Source of the DNA: Mesotaenium endlicherianum
Taxonomy: Eukaryota
Reading direction: 5' to 3'
DNA length: 64,000 nucleotides
NCBI GenBank assembly: GCA_009602735.1
Contig: WELA01001056.1
Span: 134,843-198,842 of the forward strand
Positions within the stretch are counted from its first letter, which is position 1. Each line of letters begins with the position of its first letter. Both the position numbers and the translations under genes were made by a program. Shown here piece by piece: positions 51,182 through 64,000 of the stretch. The notes beneath the pieces are model-generated. The model saw only the letters and a list, made by a program, of their open reading frames with translations, searched no databases and was not told where the DNA came from.

Positions 51182-51466
51182 CAGGCCCCACGATTCGAGA
51201 TAAATTTTATACTTTTTCATACTTCCGACGTTTTAAAATAATTCCTAAACGAGAATTTCACGATTAAATCCTTGCTTTCGGGAGCGAAGTTTTAAACAAT
51301 CACGCAATTCCTTACGTAACTAGAGAATATTTAGGTTCGGGTCTTTTTCTCAAACAAAAAGAAGTATAGAAAATCTTCGAAGAAGTGTTGGATGTTCCCA
51401 AAAATCATGGGCGTCAGGCCCAGGATGTTTTCGAAATCACAGTTTCTGGTCGAATCCTGGGCCCTG
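51182..51466. mobile_element. hAT-type MITE, family 2 (285 bp)
   Basis: TIRs CAGGCCCCACGATTCGA / TCGAATCCTGGGCCCTG; perfect 8-bp TSD ACTGGACC. Confidence 0.87.
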
Positions 51467-51481
51467 ACTGGACCAGACTAA

Positions 51482-52577
51482 GGGCCAGTTTAGAGTGGGC
51501 ACTAGCGACGATGTTCTATTCCGCTCATCGCGCTTTTCCGGTTTGGGCGCTATTCTGAAACTCAATAGTAAGAAGTCACCAAATTTGAATTCTTGGTTTA
51601 CAGTGAGCACTCATCCCTACTATTCCATCGACCGTCAAATTCTCCTAATACCAGCGTCGTGATTTGTATCACCTCTTTTAGCGGCGGGATAGGTCACATC
51701 CAGAAAAATGAAGATTTGAGACACATCGACAATCGAGATTTGCGATATATTAAATATTCACATAAAATAGATGTATGCCCGCGCATTTTCAAGCAAGCAT
51801 GTCAATCCAGTTCTCAATTAAACAAATCTCCATAGCCCATCTCACAGTACTTAGCCGTCCGAAATGAGAGTAGAAGTCATTGCAGTGCAGAGAAGTAGAA
51901 CTTCTAGTTAGACCCCACCCAGCCCGCCCTAAGGATGAAAACAGTACGAGTAAAAGTCAACTCTGCACTTGAGTCAGAATAAAGAAGTCATAGAGTCATA
52001 GAAGTCATAGAAGTCATGGAGTCACTAAGTTGTAAAGCCAGGAAGTCATAGAGCATAGAGTCATAGGATAGAATAAAATTAGAAGTAGGAAAAAGGAGAT
52101 CTAGCGACGCAGTCCTCTACTCCTATCTCTCTCTCTTTTTCAATAATAAAAGCCTTCAATTTTATTTCAATACAATTTTTCTATGAATGCATATATTGTA
52201 TGAGTTTATATTATATGTATATGTGAATATAATATATATCGCAATTCATTGGTAGAGGGGGATGGATTAGTCAACTTTGACGTGTACTTGGCACGACCGA
52301 TGACTCCGGAATAGAAAGATAGCAGGTTTGTGTCGATTCCTGAAAACGCAAATGACCTCGGGAGGTCATTTGCGTTTTGACCTATTCAGTTCACTTTTCG
52401 TCATATTTCAATTTTAAACGTCAAATAGTTGAATAGAAAGCAGCCCGCGTAAGTGCACTGTAAACAGCGAAACATGACCATTTTTCAAACTAAAAAAGAC
52501 GCGTTGTACCGTCAGGTACATGCAGGTACAGTCTAATAGAATAGAATCGCTCAGTTTTGCCCACTCTAAACTGGCCC
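51482..52577. mobile_element. PIF/Harbinger-type non-autonomous element (1.1 kb)
   Basis: Perfect 20-bp TIR GGGCCAGTTTAGAGTGGGCA; TAA on both flanks; no transposase ORF. Confidence 0.87.
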
Positions 52578-53932
52578 TAACGCCACTGGTGATCGAGAGG
52601 CACTCTTCAACACCCTTCAACATTGCTTCAACCTGCTTCAACCCACTTCAACCCACTCAAAGCCCGTTCAATTAATTAGTGGTCAACCTTACGTCCTCTG
52701 ACTAAACCGTAGTCAAGCCATCCAGCCCTTTTGAAGTATACTTCTTTTCGTATCTTTTTTAGAATCTCAGCATTTATATCCTTCATCCAACCATAATCAC
52801 TAACTTTAGAACCATTGCGCTCTTCATACTAAATCACAAATGTTTGTCCCACTCATGCCGTCAATTTGCTCCAATGGAGGCAACCTTTTGAGGCATAACT
52901 ATTACACCAAGGCTCTACATTAGCCAAACATTTCTTACATCACGAGCAAACGCACAAATTTTCTTATATGCAACCATAAATTACGAAAAACATCTTTAAT
53001 GAATATTTACATGAAGAAAATATGGAAAAGCATCATTTGATAAAGCGCTATTCACGGAACTCAAAAAGCTTCAGGAATCCGTCCCATTGGTCCTCGGTAG
53101 GACAAAAAATGGAATGCACCGTAAGTACCTATATTCCACGTAGGAACAAGTGCCCCACACATTTGTTGTATATATTTTCACAATTTTAAATCAACATAGA
53201 AAAATATGTGGAAGTGCACAAAAACTTTCAGTGCCAATAATCCATCTACTTTTTAAAAATCATCGACGGGCTTTGACATTCTGAAATTGTACGAATGTTG
53301 ATAGGTAACTTTGTTGTCTAATCGTCCGTCCCACGAGTGAAGGATCAATAAACCGCGTGGCGTTTGAAGCTTCTTAATGATATGAATAATTAAGAAATAT
53401 TTTGCGTATGCAGGCAATTATTAATCGTCCACCTATATTATCATTTACTTTTATAATCTGCGACATGGGACAAATTATCTATTCCAACGTCCCTACGTAC
53501 ACCTTGAGTTTTTCTCAATTATCCAAGTTATATTAATAGGAAATAACTCCAAAAATTGATTACAATTGAAAGAGTACAATAATTGTTGAGCCTTTGCAAA
53601 GTCGTTCACGTATGTGGGCATTGTATTGTCAGTCAATGTAACTCAACTCGAGAAATTTTGAAACTGAGCGCACGCACAAAATAATCAAGCCGACTCAAAA
53701 TTTCACAACTGTGCAAGTCTTTCCTTCAAAAGTGAACTTGTTATTACTGAATGTTGATTATAATTCAAATTTTAGCTCTTATAGTCAATCCTTTTGACGA
53801 CCATGCATCTTATTATGGTAACATCACCTGAGATTCTCCTAGCTGTGTAAGAATTTTCTCACGAAAAAAAGATTTCATTTCTTATTGATCAGATCATTTT
53901 ACGATCACACAAAAACAATCCATTTTCGGGCC

Positions 53933-56900
53933 TGTAAAAGAGAGATCGCGCCATGTTCAAACGTTGTCTAGCCTACTCGACTCCAACTAGGACCTGACTG
54001 TAGGTCTCGACTTGACAGGCATCTTCGACCGCCCTAATTATACAGCCTGGTGTCGCTAAGTCATTCGACTAATATCCTCGACCTGAAATTCTAAAATAGC
54101 TCGGGTTGACTGTCAATATCTTACATCACTATTTTCCTTCAGTAATTGCTCCCTCTGCAATTGAATATATAGAAAATGCATAATTTTGAGGTCGGTTGAC
54201 GACTGTCCTTAATTCGCGGTGAGCGCGACCGGCGGATTGACCGACAGCGTCGAGCGATCTGGGCCGTTAGAGTGAATTTAATGCATGCAGTGGACGTCAA
54301 TTTGGCCCGACACGTCAGATGAGACTGATTTGGCTTACTCACAAATATTCTGGAAGGGACGATTTGACAAACATTTATGAAAATCCGTTGCTAAGCGGCC
54401 CTCCCGCCTAGAGAGGAGGACATAGGTCAGAATACTATATGTAGGTATAACTTCCTCATTTCTTATCAGTTTTCACTTCTGTAAATTTCTACGAGTTTGT
54501 AATGACAATATCTTTCATCCTAGTCTATTTGTGAGCAGTTTCTTGCTACTCAAAATGTCAAGTAAGTTTCCTAAGCTTTCTTAGTGATATGCCCCTGCAC
54601 TCTGTAGTATGATTGCAATTAATTCTTTTTCTCGTGAGTCACTACGCTTCCACTAGGACACTCTGCCCCTTTCATCTGGTATCAGAGCTGGGCTAGTTTG
54701 CATATTATACTATGGAGTTGCAGCCGGCAGCAAACATGTCAAGCATGTTGAGCGCGCGGGGCAGCAGGCAGCACCAACGATGACGAGAGAGCAACAAGAG
54801 ATGCAGGCGATGCTAAGGCAAATGACGAATGCAATTGGAGGAGAAGTCTACGCCCAGTTTCAACAAAATATGCGCGCGGAGGTGGAGAGAATGGTGCAAA
54901 TTGTTGTGGGCAATATCGCTTCGACGAGTTCGGCACCTGTACCTGCTGGAGAGCGTGGATCGCCGCCAATTCATCAATGGATTTTTGGAGTGAAGAAGTT
55001 TATGGAGTAATCTACGCTCACGCCTGACAGGCAAGTCGCCTTTGTGATTACTTTGCTGAAGAAGAGTGCTGAAGCTTGGTATGAGCGACAGGAGCAGATG
55101 TTTGGAGTTCCTACTATTGTTGATTAGCTCTTTGAAGGCTTGAAGAGGCAATTTCAACCTATTGCACCCGAGGCTACTGCTCAACATCTATTGGTGCGCC
55201 TTCGTCAACGAGGAAGCGTTCAGACGTATGTTTCGCGCTTCAACGAGCTGGTGCTTCAATGTCCATCCATGCATGAGTCGGAGATGATAGACAAGTTCAA
55301 GAGGGGACTTAAGCCAAGTGTAGCCAAGGAAGTGGCGCTCAAGGACCCTACCAGTCTTGGAGAAACGATGGCATTGTCGATGAGGGTCGACGGTGTGGAG
55401 TATAGTCAGAGGCAATAAGACAACCACAACTTTGGAGGACATCAACACTTTGGATCTCAAGCGCCAAGCACGAGTGGACAAGGTCCAGTACCTATGGAGT
55501 TGGGACTTGTTCAGAACCAGCGCAAGCAGCAGCAGATAAACAAGCCGAGAGGACCATGCTACAATTGTGGCAAGCTTGGGCCTTTGGCTCAAGACTGTCA
55601 TGTGAAGGCAAAGCAACATCAACAGCAGGAAAAAGGAGAACGCCAGTAAGTCTTTCTGGGGTGTCTACTAGCGTGAAGATGGGAACTCACAAGGAGGTTA
55701 TCCCCAGGAGCCTGCCGAGAAGCAAAAGACAAGATGTTGACAAGTCTATTATCGTGGAAGGAGTAGTCGACGGCAACAAGGCGAAGTGTATGGTCGACAG
55801 TGGCGCAAGTGCAAACTTTGTGCACAAGAAGCTGGTGAAGGTGTGGCAAATCCCTGTGCAAAAGCATTATGAGCGTAAGGAGGCCGTTTTGGCAAATGGG
55901 CAGAGACTCAAGTGTGGTGCACCTGCGGAAGCTGTTCACGTGGAAGTAGCGGGGCACCAAAGTACTGAAGTTATGGAGGCGGCAGAGTTAGGTCACCATG
56001 AGGTGATAATGGGCCGACCATGGCTGTGGAAAGCCAACCCTCAAATGCACTGGAGCACAGGAAAAGTGAAGGTCCAAGGGCGTAATGGTAGAATGGAGAC
56101 AGCGAAACAGGTGGAGGTAGATACAACCACAAGTAACTGTCTTCTGTCAAGCCAACAAGTTAAGAAGCTATGCAAGGCGGATCAGGTGAAGGAGATGTAC
56201 CATGTTTCGGTGGCCCTGGCCCGGTCATCAGATGGAGCAAGCGTGAATCCTAAAAGCCTGGGCGATCGCGCGTCGCCAAAGGAGCAAGTAGTGGTGTCTG
56301 ATCCCCTTGCTCAGAAGGAGCAAAGCCCAATTGCTCAAGAGAAGAAGAAGCCTGCTGAGATGCCTGCCCAAATTAAGGCGCTGTTGGAGGAGTTCAAGTG
56401 CGTGTTTCTTGACGAGCTATTTACAGGATTACCTCCACAGAGAGCTATGGAGCACAAGATCGAGTTGGAACCATGGAGCAAGCCACCAGTAAGACTCGCC
56501 TATCGACAATCGTTTGCGGAGTTGGATGAGTTGAAGAAGCAGCTGACAGAGTTATTGGAGAAGGGATTTATCCGACCCAGCGAGTCTCCATTTGCAGCGC
56601 TAGTCTTATTTGTGCAGAAGAAGTATGGGACTATGAGGATGTGTGTTGACTACCGAGCACTCAACAAGATCACCATAAAGAACAGGTACCCACTTCCACG
56701 AGTGGACGAGTTGATTGACAGGCTTGTCGGGGTGAACTATGTCTCGAAGATCGATTTGAAGAGTGTCTATCACCAGGTACGGATTGCGGAAGGAGACGTT
56801 CAAAAGACTGCTTTCAGGACTCGCTATGGTTCATTCGAGTCCATAGTCATGCTTTTTGGGTTGACTAACGCACCCGCTACATTCATAGAACTCATGAATA

Positions 56901-57648
56901 GGATCTTCATACCCTACTTGGACCAGTTTGTGGTGGTATTTTTGGACGACATCTTGATCTATTTGAAGACCTTGGAGGAGCATGTGGAGCATCTGAGGAA
57001 GGTGTTGGAGGTCTTGAGGGATCAGATTCTGTATGGGAAGATGAGCAAGTGGGACTTCTGTCTCAAGGAAGTTGAGTTCCTTGGACATATAGTGGGAGCT
57101 GAAGGAGTCAAGGTGGAGCAGAAGAAGGTGCAAGCAGTCAGAGAGTGGCCGGTACCTGCTGATATTCATCAACTCAGAAGCTTCCTCGGCATGGCAAATT
57201 ATTATCGACGTTTCATTGAAGGATTTGCCAAGGTGTGTGCACCGCTCACGGACATGTTGAAGAAGCAGGAGAAGTGGCTATGGGGTGACAAGGAGCAGCA
57301 AGTATTTGAGAAGATTAAGGGATTGTTGACACAAGCACCTGTGGTGGCAATTGCCAGTCCAGAGCTTCCTTTCACCATCATCACGGACGCATCAAATTTT
57401 GCAGTGGGAGCCATTCTTCTCCAAGACCAGGGCAAAGGATTGCAACCTGTGGCATATGAGAGCACGAAGTTGAAACCTGCTGAGCAGAACTATGCAGCAC
57501 ACGAGCGGGAGATGTTGGCTACTATCCAGGCCTTGAGGATTTGGCGATGTTATGTGGACGGCCAGAAGGTGTTCATCAAGACCGACTACAAGAGCTTGGA
57601 TAAATTTATGACGCAGCCAACGTTCACACCAAGACAAGCAAGGTGGAT
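53933..57648 (+). mobile_element. Element C: decayed Ty3/Gypsy retrotransposon (5' LTR ~53933-54674, PBS, gag, PR-RT-RH), interrupted by B copy 3
   Basis: PBS follows ...TTTCA. gag has stops (LRQRGSV..Y...[17 protein letters not shown] knuckle). pol has VDSGA, FLDD and TDASN and is cut at RQARWI by an LTR. The LTR start is approximate. Confidence 0.88.
54677..54688 (+). promoter_or_regulatory. Primer binding site (tRNA-iMet) of element C
   Basis: Canonical TGGTATCAGAGC. Confidence 0.9.
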
Positions 57649-60600
57649 TGAAATGAATCGACTTACCAAATAGGCAATTAACAATTAATAAAGATCTTTA
57701 TATCAGCAAGTAATCTTATGGTATTTCTGTTAACTAGTTAAACGGCAAAGGACAATACACTAGCAGGGAATAATACTCGTAAGTCAAATGCGAGTAAACA
57801 AGCATCAATGATGCAAATCAGTAAATTCATACATAAGCAAGGTTAGAAAACAGTGCGTATCAATGGCTTCTCGCCTTGGATTCAGAGTTCTCTCAGTAAG
57901 CTGTACAAGAGAGTTGGCCTCGTTTCCGAATGCCGAACTCGAGAGCAATGCCTAGCGTATGTACATGGAATGAGTTTACTGTTCAACGGTCAGTGCGATG
58001 GCACCGCCTACCCGGGAGTTAACCACGTTGGTAGGACCTCGGTTAACCAAATCCACCGCCATCTCCCATCATCCCGAATAGCCATCCATCATAGGGATGT
58101 CATCTGGCTATTCATCTAGCATATCGCACTTAGATGCATATCAAGGCAGTTCGCTGCTACCGAGTACGGAAGTCAGCTGGCTGTCAAAGAATGTGTCAGC
58201 AAGCTGACTTAAGTTGACTTCAGCCTGCTGCTTTTGGCCGAGTCATTAAACTGATAATTATGTGAAGTCCAGCAGACTGATTATTAACTAAAGTTCAGCA
58301 GGCTGAACTTAATTAACTATTATATTTAAATGAATATTATATCCACTAATATACTGATTCATTACAATCCCTCCAACTTAACTTGTTGTCGCCTCGACAA
58401 CATTAAACTGCAAAAGCTTTAAATAAAGAAACTGACCCTGACCAGCCTCCCTTACTGACTATCTTTTCAGCCTGTCACCTTAAGGGGTGGTTCCTGGGGC
58501 TTCAGGATCAGGGGACGGAGATCTGGACCTAGATCTGGACAGCCCTCTAGGTCTGTCAGCTGGCCTTCTAAAGAACCCTGTTTGCTCTAAAGTTGGCCCT
58601 CGAGGAGAACGGAGGATGGTGGCCTGCTCTTCAACTATTTGGGTGTTGATTCCCACATAGACAGGCATTCCAGTAGGATGCTGAAATACATTGGCTAGAG
58701 GTACATGCCCCTGAGCGGAGGGGGAGGCTGGCATACCTCTGGCCCACCCGCGTGTCCCTCTTCTGGCACCCCTGTCCTCTGGGGATTTCTGTCTGTGTCT
58801 GCTGCCCAGTACAGTCAGATCAGCTTCTTCCCCTGCTTGGGCAGGTGGGCTGGGGGAGCGAGCGCGGGGTCCAGTTGTCGCCATAACGGGGATCACATTC
58901 CACACACCTGATCGTGGTTCTTTAGGAAGTGCCACTGCCTGTCCCTGGGTATCCTGAGTACCTGCTGCTGATGCTTCTCCTCTGCCTTGTTCTTCTTCCT
59001 CATCCTCCTCATCCTCCTCCTCGGAGAGAGTAGGGGTCTCGTCCACTAAGTCGTCCTGCTCCCTAGTAGACATGGAGTAGTCTACCGACCTCCCTTTCTT
59101 AGGGCGCGCTGGAGGTTGCTTGGCCTTCAGCCTACTGATATCTATCCGGCCTGCATTCTTTGCCCATTTGACAAAGGCATGCTTTCCCTTAGAGAAGTAG
59201 TCTCTTCCCCTCCTCCTATGTTCCTTGGTCTCTGCATTCATATTGCTCAGGCATCCATTCAGCCTGGGGTCCCAAGGGGCAATGTGAGGTGGTAGGATGA
59301 GATAGCCGTCTAGGCCATAGTGGAAGTCATCCGGTTGGGCTCGGTCACACTCCTGCTTCTTATTTGTGACGGTCATCCACCTCCAGTCTGTTGGCTGCTG
59401 GTAGTACTGGGGTCCGTGCTCAGCCTTCCTCAGTTTACACGGGAACCAGTGGGGAGAGAACATCTGCTGTCCTGCTTCCCTGGCCAAGTACTCCCAGCTC
59501 CTTCTCTCAACTTCATTGTAAGCTGGCAGGAGTGTGAGGTAGAATACCGTATCCTTAAAGCTATCGGGCCGCATGCTCACCATCCGGATGAGTCTCTGAT
59601 CTCCCACTATTCCCGGTATGGGGACCGGCTTGTCCTCTGAATCATCTGCGAGATACCGGGCCTGCTCTGCTGTATAGCCCACCATCTTAGCATAATCTTC
59701 GTAAAGGACCACGCCGGTGTGTGTCTCGATGTACCTGTCCAGTGCTGTAGCTCCTTCCTTCTGTAGCAGTGTTGTCTGTTCCAGCCTGTTGATCTCCTGG
59801 GCTGCCAGCAATGCTTCCTTCAGGTTATCGAAGTTTTGGCCACCCACCACAGTATACCTGTAAGTGGCCAAGCTCTTCTGTCTGTCCGCTTCAATCTTTT
59901 TTCTTTTCTCCTCTTCTGCCGCTGCCGCTTCTTCTTGCTGTTTCTTCTGTCTCTCCTCCTCAGCCTTCCTGAGGTTTTCCGCTTCCTGATCCTTCTTCCT
60001 CTGTGCCTCTTCTGCCGCCTCTTGTTGTTTGCGGACCCTTTCTTGTTCTCTCCTGGTGAGGGACGTCGCCGCCAGCTCCTTCTGGTATTGCTCCATTGTC
60101 CTCCTGGCTTCTTCTGCCTTGCGCTTTCTGTCCTCCTTTTGTGTGGTGGGCGCCATCCTGCACATGTAACCAGGGCACAAGTTAGTAGGATATGGACCTT
60201 TGTCATAGGGATTGCAGGAAGTATGTTAGTATTTAGTATAGTGGCTTCGCTGCTGTTTACCTTACAGGATGATTGCTAAAAGTTGACGTAGTTGCGATGC
60301 GCTACACATAAACGTATGAGTGTGTTTTTATGGCTCTCGCTCACTAACTGTCATATATTTCCCCTTCCAACTTAAATGGAGACAGAACCGCCTGTCACCT
60401 TCCCGTGTCAACTGAAATGACAGTTATGGAGGGACTCCAGCGGCCCGAAGGTGGAACCGTGTCAACGCCCCTTTGGCATTGGTCAAGTGGTCCTTAAACT
60501 CCCAAGTGTCCCCAGAGGCATCGTAACCCTTCGATCGAATGAGGTATTTCATGACATATTTAGACGATCGACGGACCGAGCGAGCGTCTAAAATCTCATC

Positions 60601-63600
60601 GACCTCATATTCCTCAGGGTCGCCGTCCCGGACAGCGGGGACCGGTCCCGGTTGGACAGGGAACCGACCTGTGAACAGTGTATCACCTTTGATGTACGGT
60701 TCCAGGAAGGAGACATTAAAGACCGGGTGCCCCTTGTATTCAGCTGACATGTTCAGTTTGTAAGCATTCTGACCGACACGACGGACCACCGAATATGGAC
60801 CGACCCAAACAGGGCCAAGCTTTTTCTTGACCACACCAGGGAGGTACAGGTGCTGAGAATGCAGTTTGACTAAATCCCCCTTGGAAAATGTCAGTTCACG
60901 ACGGTGTTGATTAGCGTATTTTTGTTGGTTTTCTTCGGCCGTGTGCAAGTTTCGTTGGAATTCTGACAGGGTGTCAGCAAACTCCTGAGTTAACTGGAGG
61001 GAGACGAGGTTGTCAATCCCTTCAGGGTGAGTTAAGGATTCCCCTAGCACATCTAAAGGAGACTTAGGGACTCTACCCAGGCTTAGTTCAAAAGGAGTCT
61101 TGCCCGTTGACGCATGCACCGCACTGTTGACCGCAAACTGAATTTGAGGTAACAGGTCATCTCAATTATCTTGTTTTTGGTTAATATGTGCTCTCAGCAC
61201 CTCTTGCAGAACTCGGTTAGTTCTTTCAGTCTGCCCATCAGTCTGAGGGTGGTTAGCTGTGCTGAGCAGCTGTTTGACTCCCATTAACCCCATTAAAGCT
61301 CTCCAGAACTTAGAGGTGAATTTTGAGTCTCTGTCTGAGATGATATTAGAAGGGAGCCCATGTTGGCATACTACATGGTTGTAAAACTGTCTGGCTATTT
61401 CGAGTGCAGTCACTTTGACAGTTGTGGGGATAAAAATGACCATTTTTGTCAGTTTATCCACAACTACCAGTATTGAATCATGCCCGTTGGCAGTTCTTGG
61501 TAGTGAGACCACCCAGTCCATGGATATAGTTTCCCAGCGTCCCGCTGGGATGGGTAGCGGTTGCAAGAGACCTCCGGGTGGTGTGTGCCGAGACTTATTT
61601 CTCTGACACTGGTCACAGGACTTGACATATTTCAAGACCTCCCGGGGTAACCCCTCCCAATGATAATGTTTTGCCAGTTTGCCAACAGTTTTGGCCTGCC
61701 CCAAATGTCCACCCAGGAGACTGTCATGAGCTTGACTCAGTAAGAGAGACCTTATTTCCAAATTATTAGGAATGACCAGCTTCAGCCTGCCTGAAGTGGT
61801 TTCAGTCACCCAGACCCCTCCCTTGAGCTTATACCCGAGTGCGGTAGCACGACACATACCAGTAGTGGGGCTGGGCTCAAATGTTGGGTCAGAAAGGTAG
61901 GCTTTCCTAAGTTGTTCAAGGAAGGACTTTTTCACCTTTAGTGAAGTGAGTGCACACAGGACTTTATCTACAGTATGCTGACTAAAGTTCCTTTCTTGCA
62001 AGTCAGGTCTTCTAGAGAGTGCATCAGCAGGATTCAACTTCCCTGGTTTGTAGTCGATCTGGACTTGGAACTGCTCCAGCATCTGGCTCCAGCGGTTCTC
62101 CCTCCTCGACAGCTTGGACTTCTTCTGAAAGTGGGTCAGAGCTAGATGATCTGTAATCACCTTAAAAGCTTTACCATGTAAGTATGCTCTCCACTGTTTG
62201 AGTACATGAATGATAGCTAGCAGCTCTTTATCATGCACTGAGTAATTAATCTCCGCTGGATTAAATTTCATAGACTCATACAACACAGGATGCCACTCCT
62301 GCCGTACCTTACCATCCTTTGTGGTTTTGTCAGCAGGCTGCAACAAAATAGCACCCATGGCAAAATCAGAGGCATCAGTAACCACCTGCACCGGTTTGCT
62401 GGGGTCATACACGGCTAGCACTGGGGCAGAACAAAGGGCATCTTTAAGGGTCTGGAAGGCAGCCTGCTGCTCTTCCCCCCACACATACCCGATGTCTTTC
62501 TTAGTAAGGTCAGTCAGTTTACTGGCCTTTGTGGAATAATTCTCAATAAATCTCCTATAGTAGTTAGCCAACCCGAGGAAGGATCTAACTTCAGAGACAG
62601 ACTGTGGTACTGGCCAGTCCCTTATGGTCTGGACTTTCTTAGGATCCACACTGATGCCCTCTTTACTGACAACGTGGCCTAAGAATTCAATACTTTCCTT
62701 AAAGAAATCACACTTGCTCATTTTAGCATACAAGTGATTTTTCCGCAGAGTGTCCAGCACTTTCTTTAAGTGTTCAGTGTGCTGAGCTTCATCTTTAGAG
62801 AAAATTAAAATATCATCCAGGAAAACTTGCACAAACTTATCCAAATAAGGTCTGAAAATGTCATTCATAGCACCCATAAAGGTAGCAGGAGCATTAGTCA
62901 GTCCAAATGGCATCACGTTGAACTCATAGTGTCCATAACGTGTGCGGAAAGCAGTCTTGTGTTCATCCCCCTCAGCAATTCTGATTTGATGATAACCACT
63001 CTTGAGATCTATCTTACTGAACACCTTAGCGCCAGACAGGGTATCAAGCAAGTCCTCGATTCTGGGTAAAGCATACTTGTTCTTTACTGTAATTCTGTTC
63101 AGGGCTCTGTAATCCACACACATCCGCATACTGCCATCCTTTTTCTTAACAAATAGGATAGGTGCGCCGTACGGTGATTTACTGGGAGAAATGTAACCAT
63201 TTTCCTCCAGCTCTGCAATCTGTGTTTTCAACTCCTCACTCTCCAAATAAGACAAGCCATACGTGCGTTGCCAGGGTGGCTGGCTACCAGGTAATAAATC
63301 AATCCTATGATCTACTTCCCGCTTAGGGGGTAGTCCTGGAGGCATATTAAACACATCCGTGTACTGAGCAACAATGTTTGCAGCAGTAGGGTGTTCCGGA
63401 GGGTGTACCTTTTTCTCAACCACTTCTTCAGGTTGAGGAGGTACCTCTCTTAGCAGCAGACAGAACATTCTGTCTTCCTTCTGGTTCCAGCTTTTGACGA
63501 ACTCCATTGCATTCAGCAACTTGCATCCTTCTGGAAGCCTCTTCTTTTCCTTCATTTGCCATCCACACAGGACAAGAGGAAGAGCACTGGTGGGTGCCAA

Positions 63601-64000
63601 GTCAGTCTGCCCATCACTGGCTCCTCTCACTTTAACTGTACCTCTGCTCCAACACACTTCAGCTTGATGTCTATTAAGCCAGGACCTGCCTAGCACGAGA
63701 TCATAAAAGCCAGTGTTGAGTACCTCAAATGTAAGCGTTTCAGTTAGAACTGCAATGCCAGAACCTAACTGGACCTCAATAGGCTTGGTTATAACTCCTC
63801 CCGGGATACTTGAGGCATCTCCAAGGAATATTTTTCTATTCCCTTGGGTGACAGTAGGCAGCCTTAGCCGCTTAACTAAGTCCTTGTGAATAAAAGTATG
63901 TGACGCCCCTCCGTCAACAAATGCCCTCACCTTCCTACCTGCAATCATGCAATGCAGTAGGATAGGGGGGACTGTCTTTTCCTGACTTTCGCATTGTTCT
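57649..64000 (-). mobile_element. Element B copy 3 (runs off the right edge), nested in element C
   Basis: Full 3' LTR 57649-58366, PPT (TAAGTTGGAGGGAT) 58367-58380, extra ORF, and pol 60424->64000 with one premature stop at 61162 and chromodomain EYEVDEILD...KYLIRSKGY..DTWE. Confidence 0.95.
58480..60156 (-). CDS. Extra ORF of element B, second copy (~558 aa)
   Basis: Intact; differs from 18125-19795 by a few substitutions and one in-frame 6-bp indel. Confidence 0.8.
   Translation of the reverse strand: MAPTTQKEDRKRKAEEARRTMEQYQKELAATSLTRREQERVRKQQEAAEEAQRKKDQEAENLRKAEEERQKKQQEEAAAAEEEKRKKIEADRQKSLATYRYTVVGGQNFDNLKEALLAAQEINRLEQTTLLQKEGATALDRYIETHTGVVLYEDYAKMVGYTAEQARYLADDSEDKPVPIPGIVGDQRLIRMVSMRPDSFKDTVFYLTLLPAYNEVERRSWEYLAREAGQQMFSPHWFPCKLRKAEHGPQYYQQPTDWRWMTVTNKKQECDRAQPDDFHYGLDGYLILPPHIAPWDPRLNGCLSNMNAETKEHRRRGRDYFSKGKHAFVKWAKNAGRIDISRLKAKQPPARPKKGRSVDYSMSTREQDDLVDETPTLSEEEDEEDEEEEQGRGEASAAGTQDTQGQAVALPKEPRSGVWNVIPVMATTGPRARSPSPPAQAGEEADLTVLGSRHRQKSPEDRGARRGTRGWARGMPASPSAQGHVPLANVFQHPTGMPVYVGINTQIVEEQATILRSPRGPTLEQTGFFRRPADRPRGLSRSRSRSPSPDPEAPGTTP

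Overview
Eukaryotic, intron-rich genomic DNA that looks like a green plant or streptophyte alga (inferred from gene content; two N-gaps). I reconstructed six spliced host genes: a CHAD-domain (polyphosphate-binding family) gene running off the left edge, an ArfGAP, a SelW/SelT/Rdx-fold protein without its redox motif, an Mn-CDF metal tolerance protein (MTP9/11-like), a GH5 endo-beta-mannanase and an atypical bHLH. About half the window is nested Ty3/Gypsy LTR retrotransposons. Element A is decayed and carries a C5 cytosine DNA methyltransferase upstream of RT and a PHD finger after integrase. Family B is a chromovirus present in three copies; two of them retain a conserved ~560-aa extra ORF between pol and the 3' LTR, with its own splice signals and a duplicated PPT, and copy 1 shows a -1 frameshift signal. 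Element C is a further Gypsy interrupted by B. There are also hAT-type MITEs with 8-bp TSDs and a Harbinger-type non-autonomous element. All domain calls come from reading motifs by eye; no database search was run.
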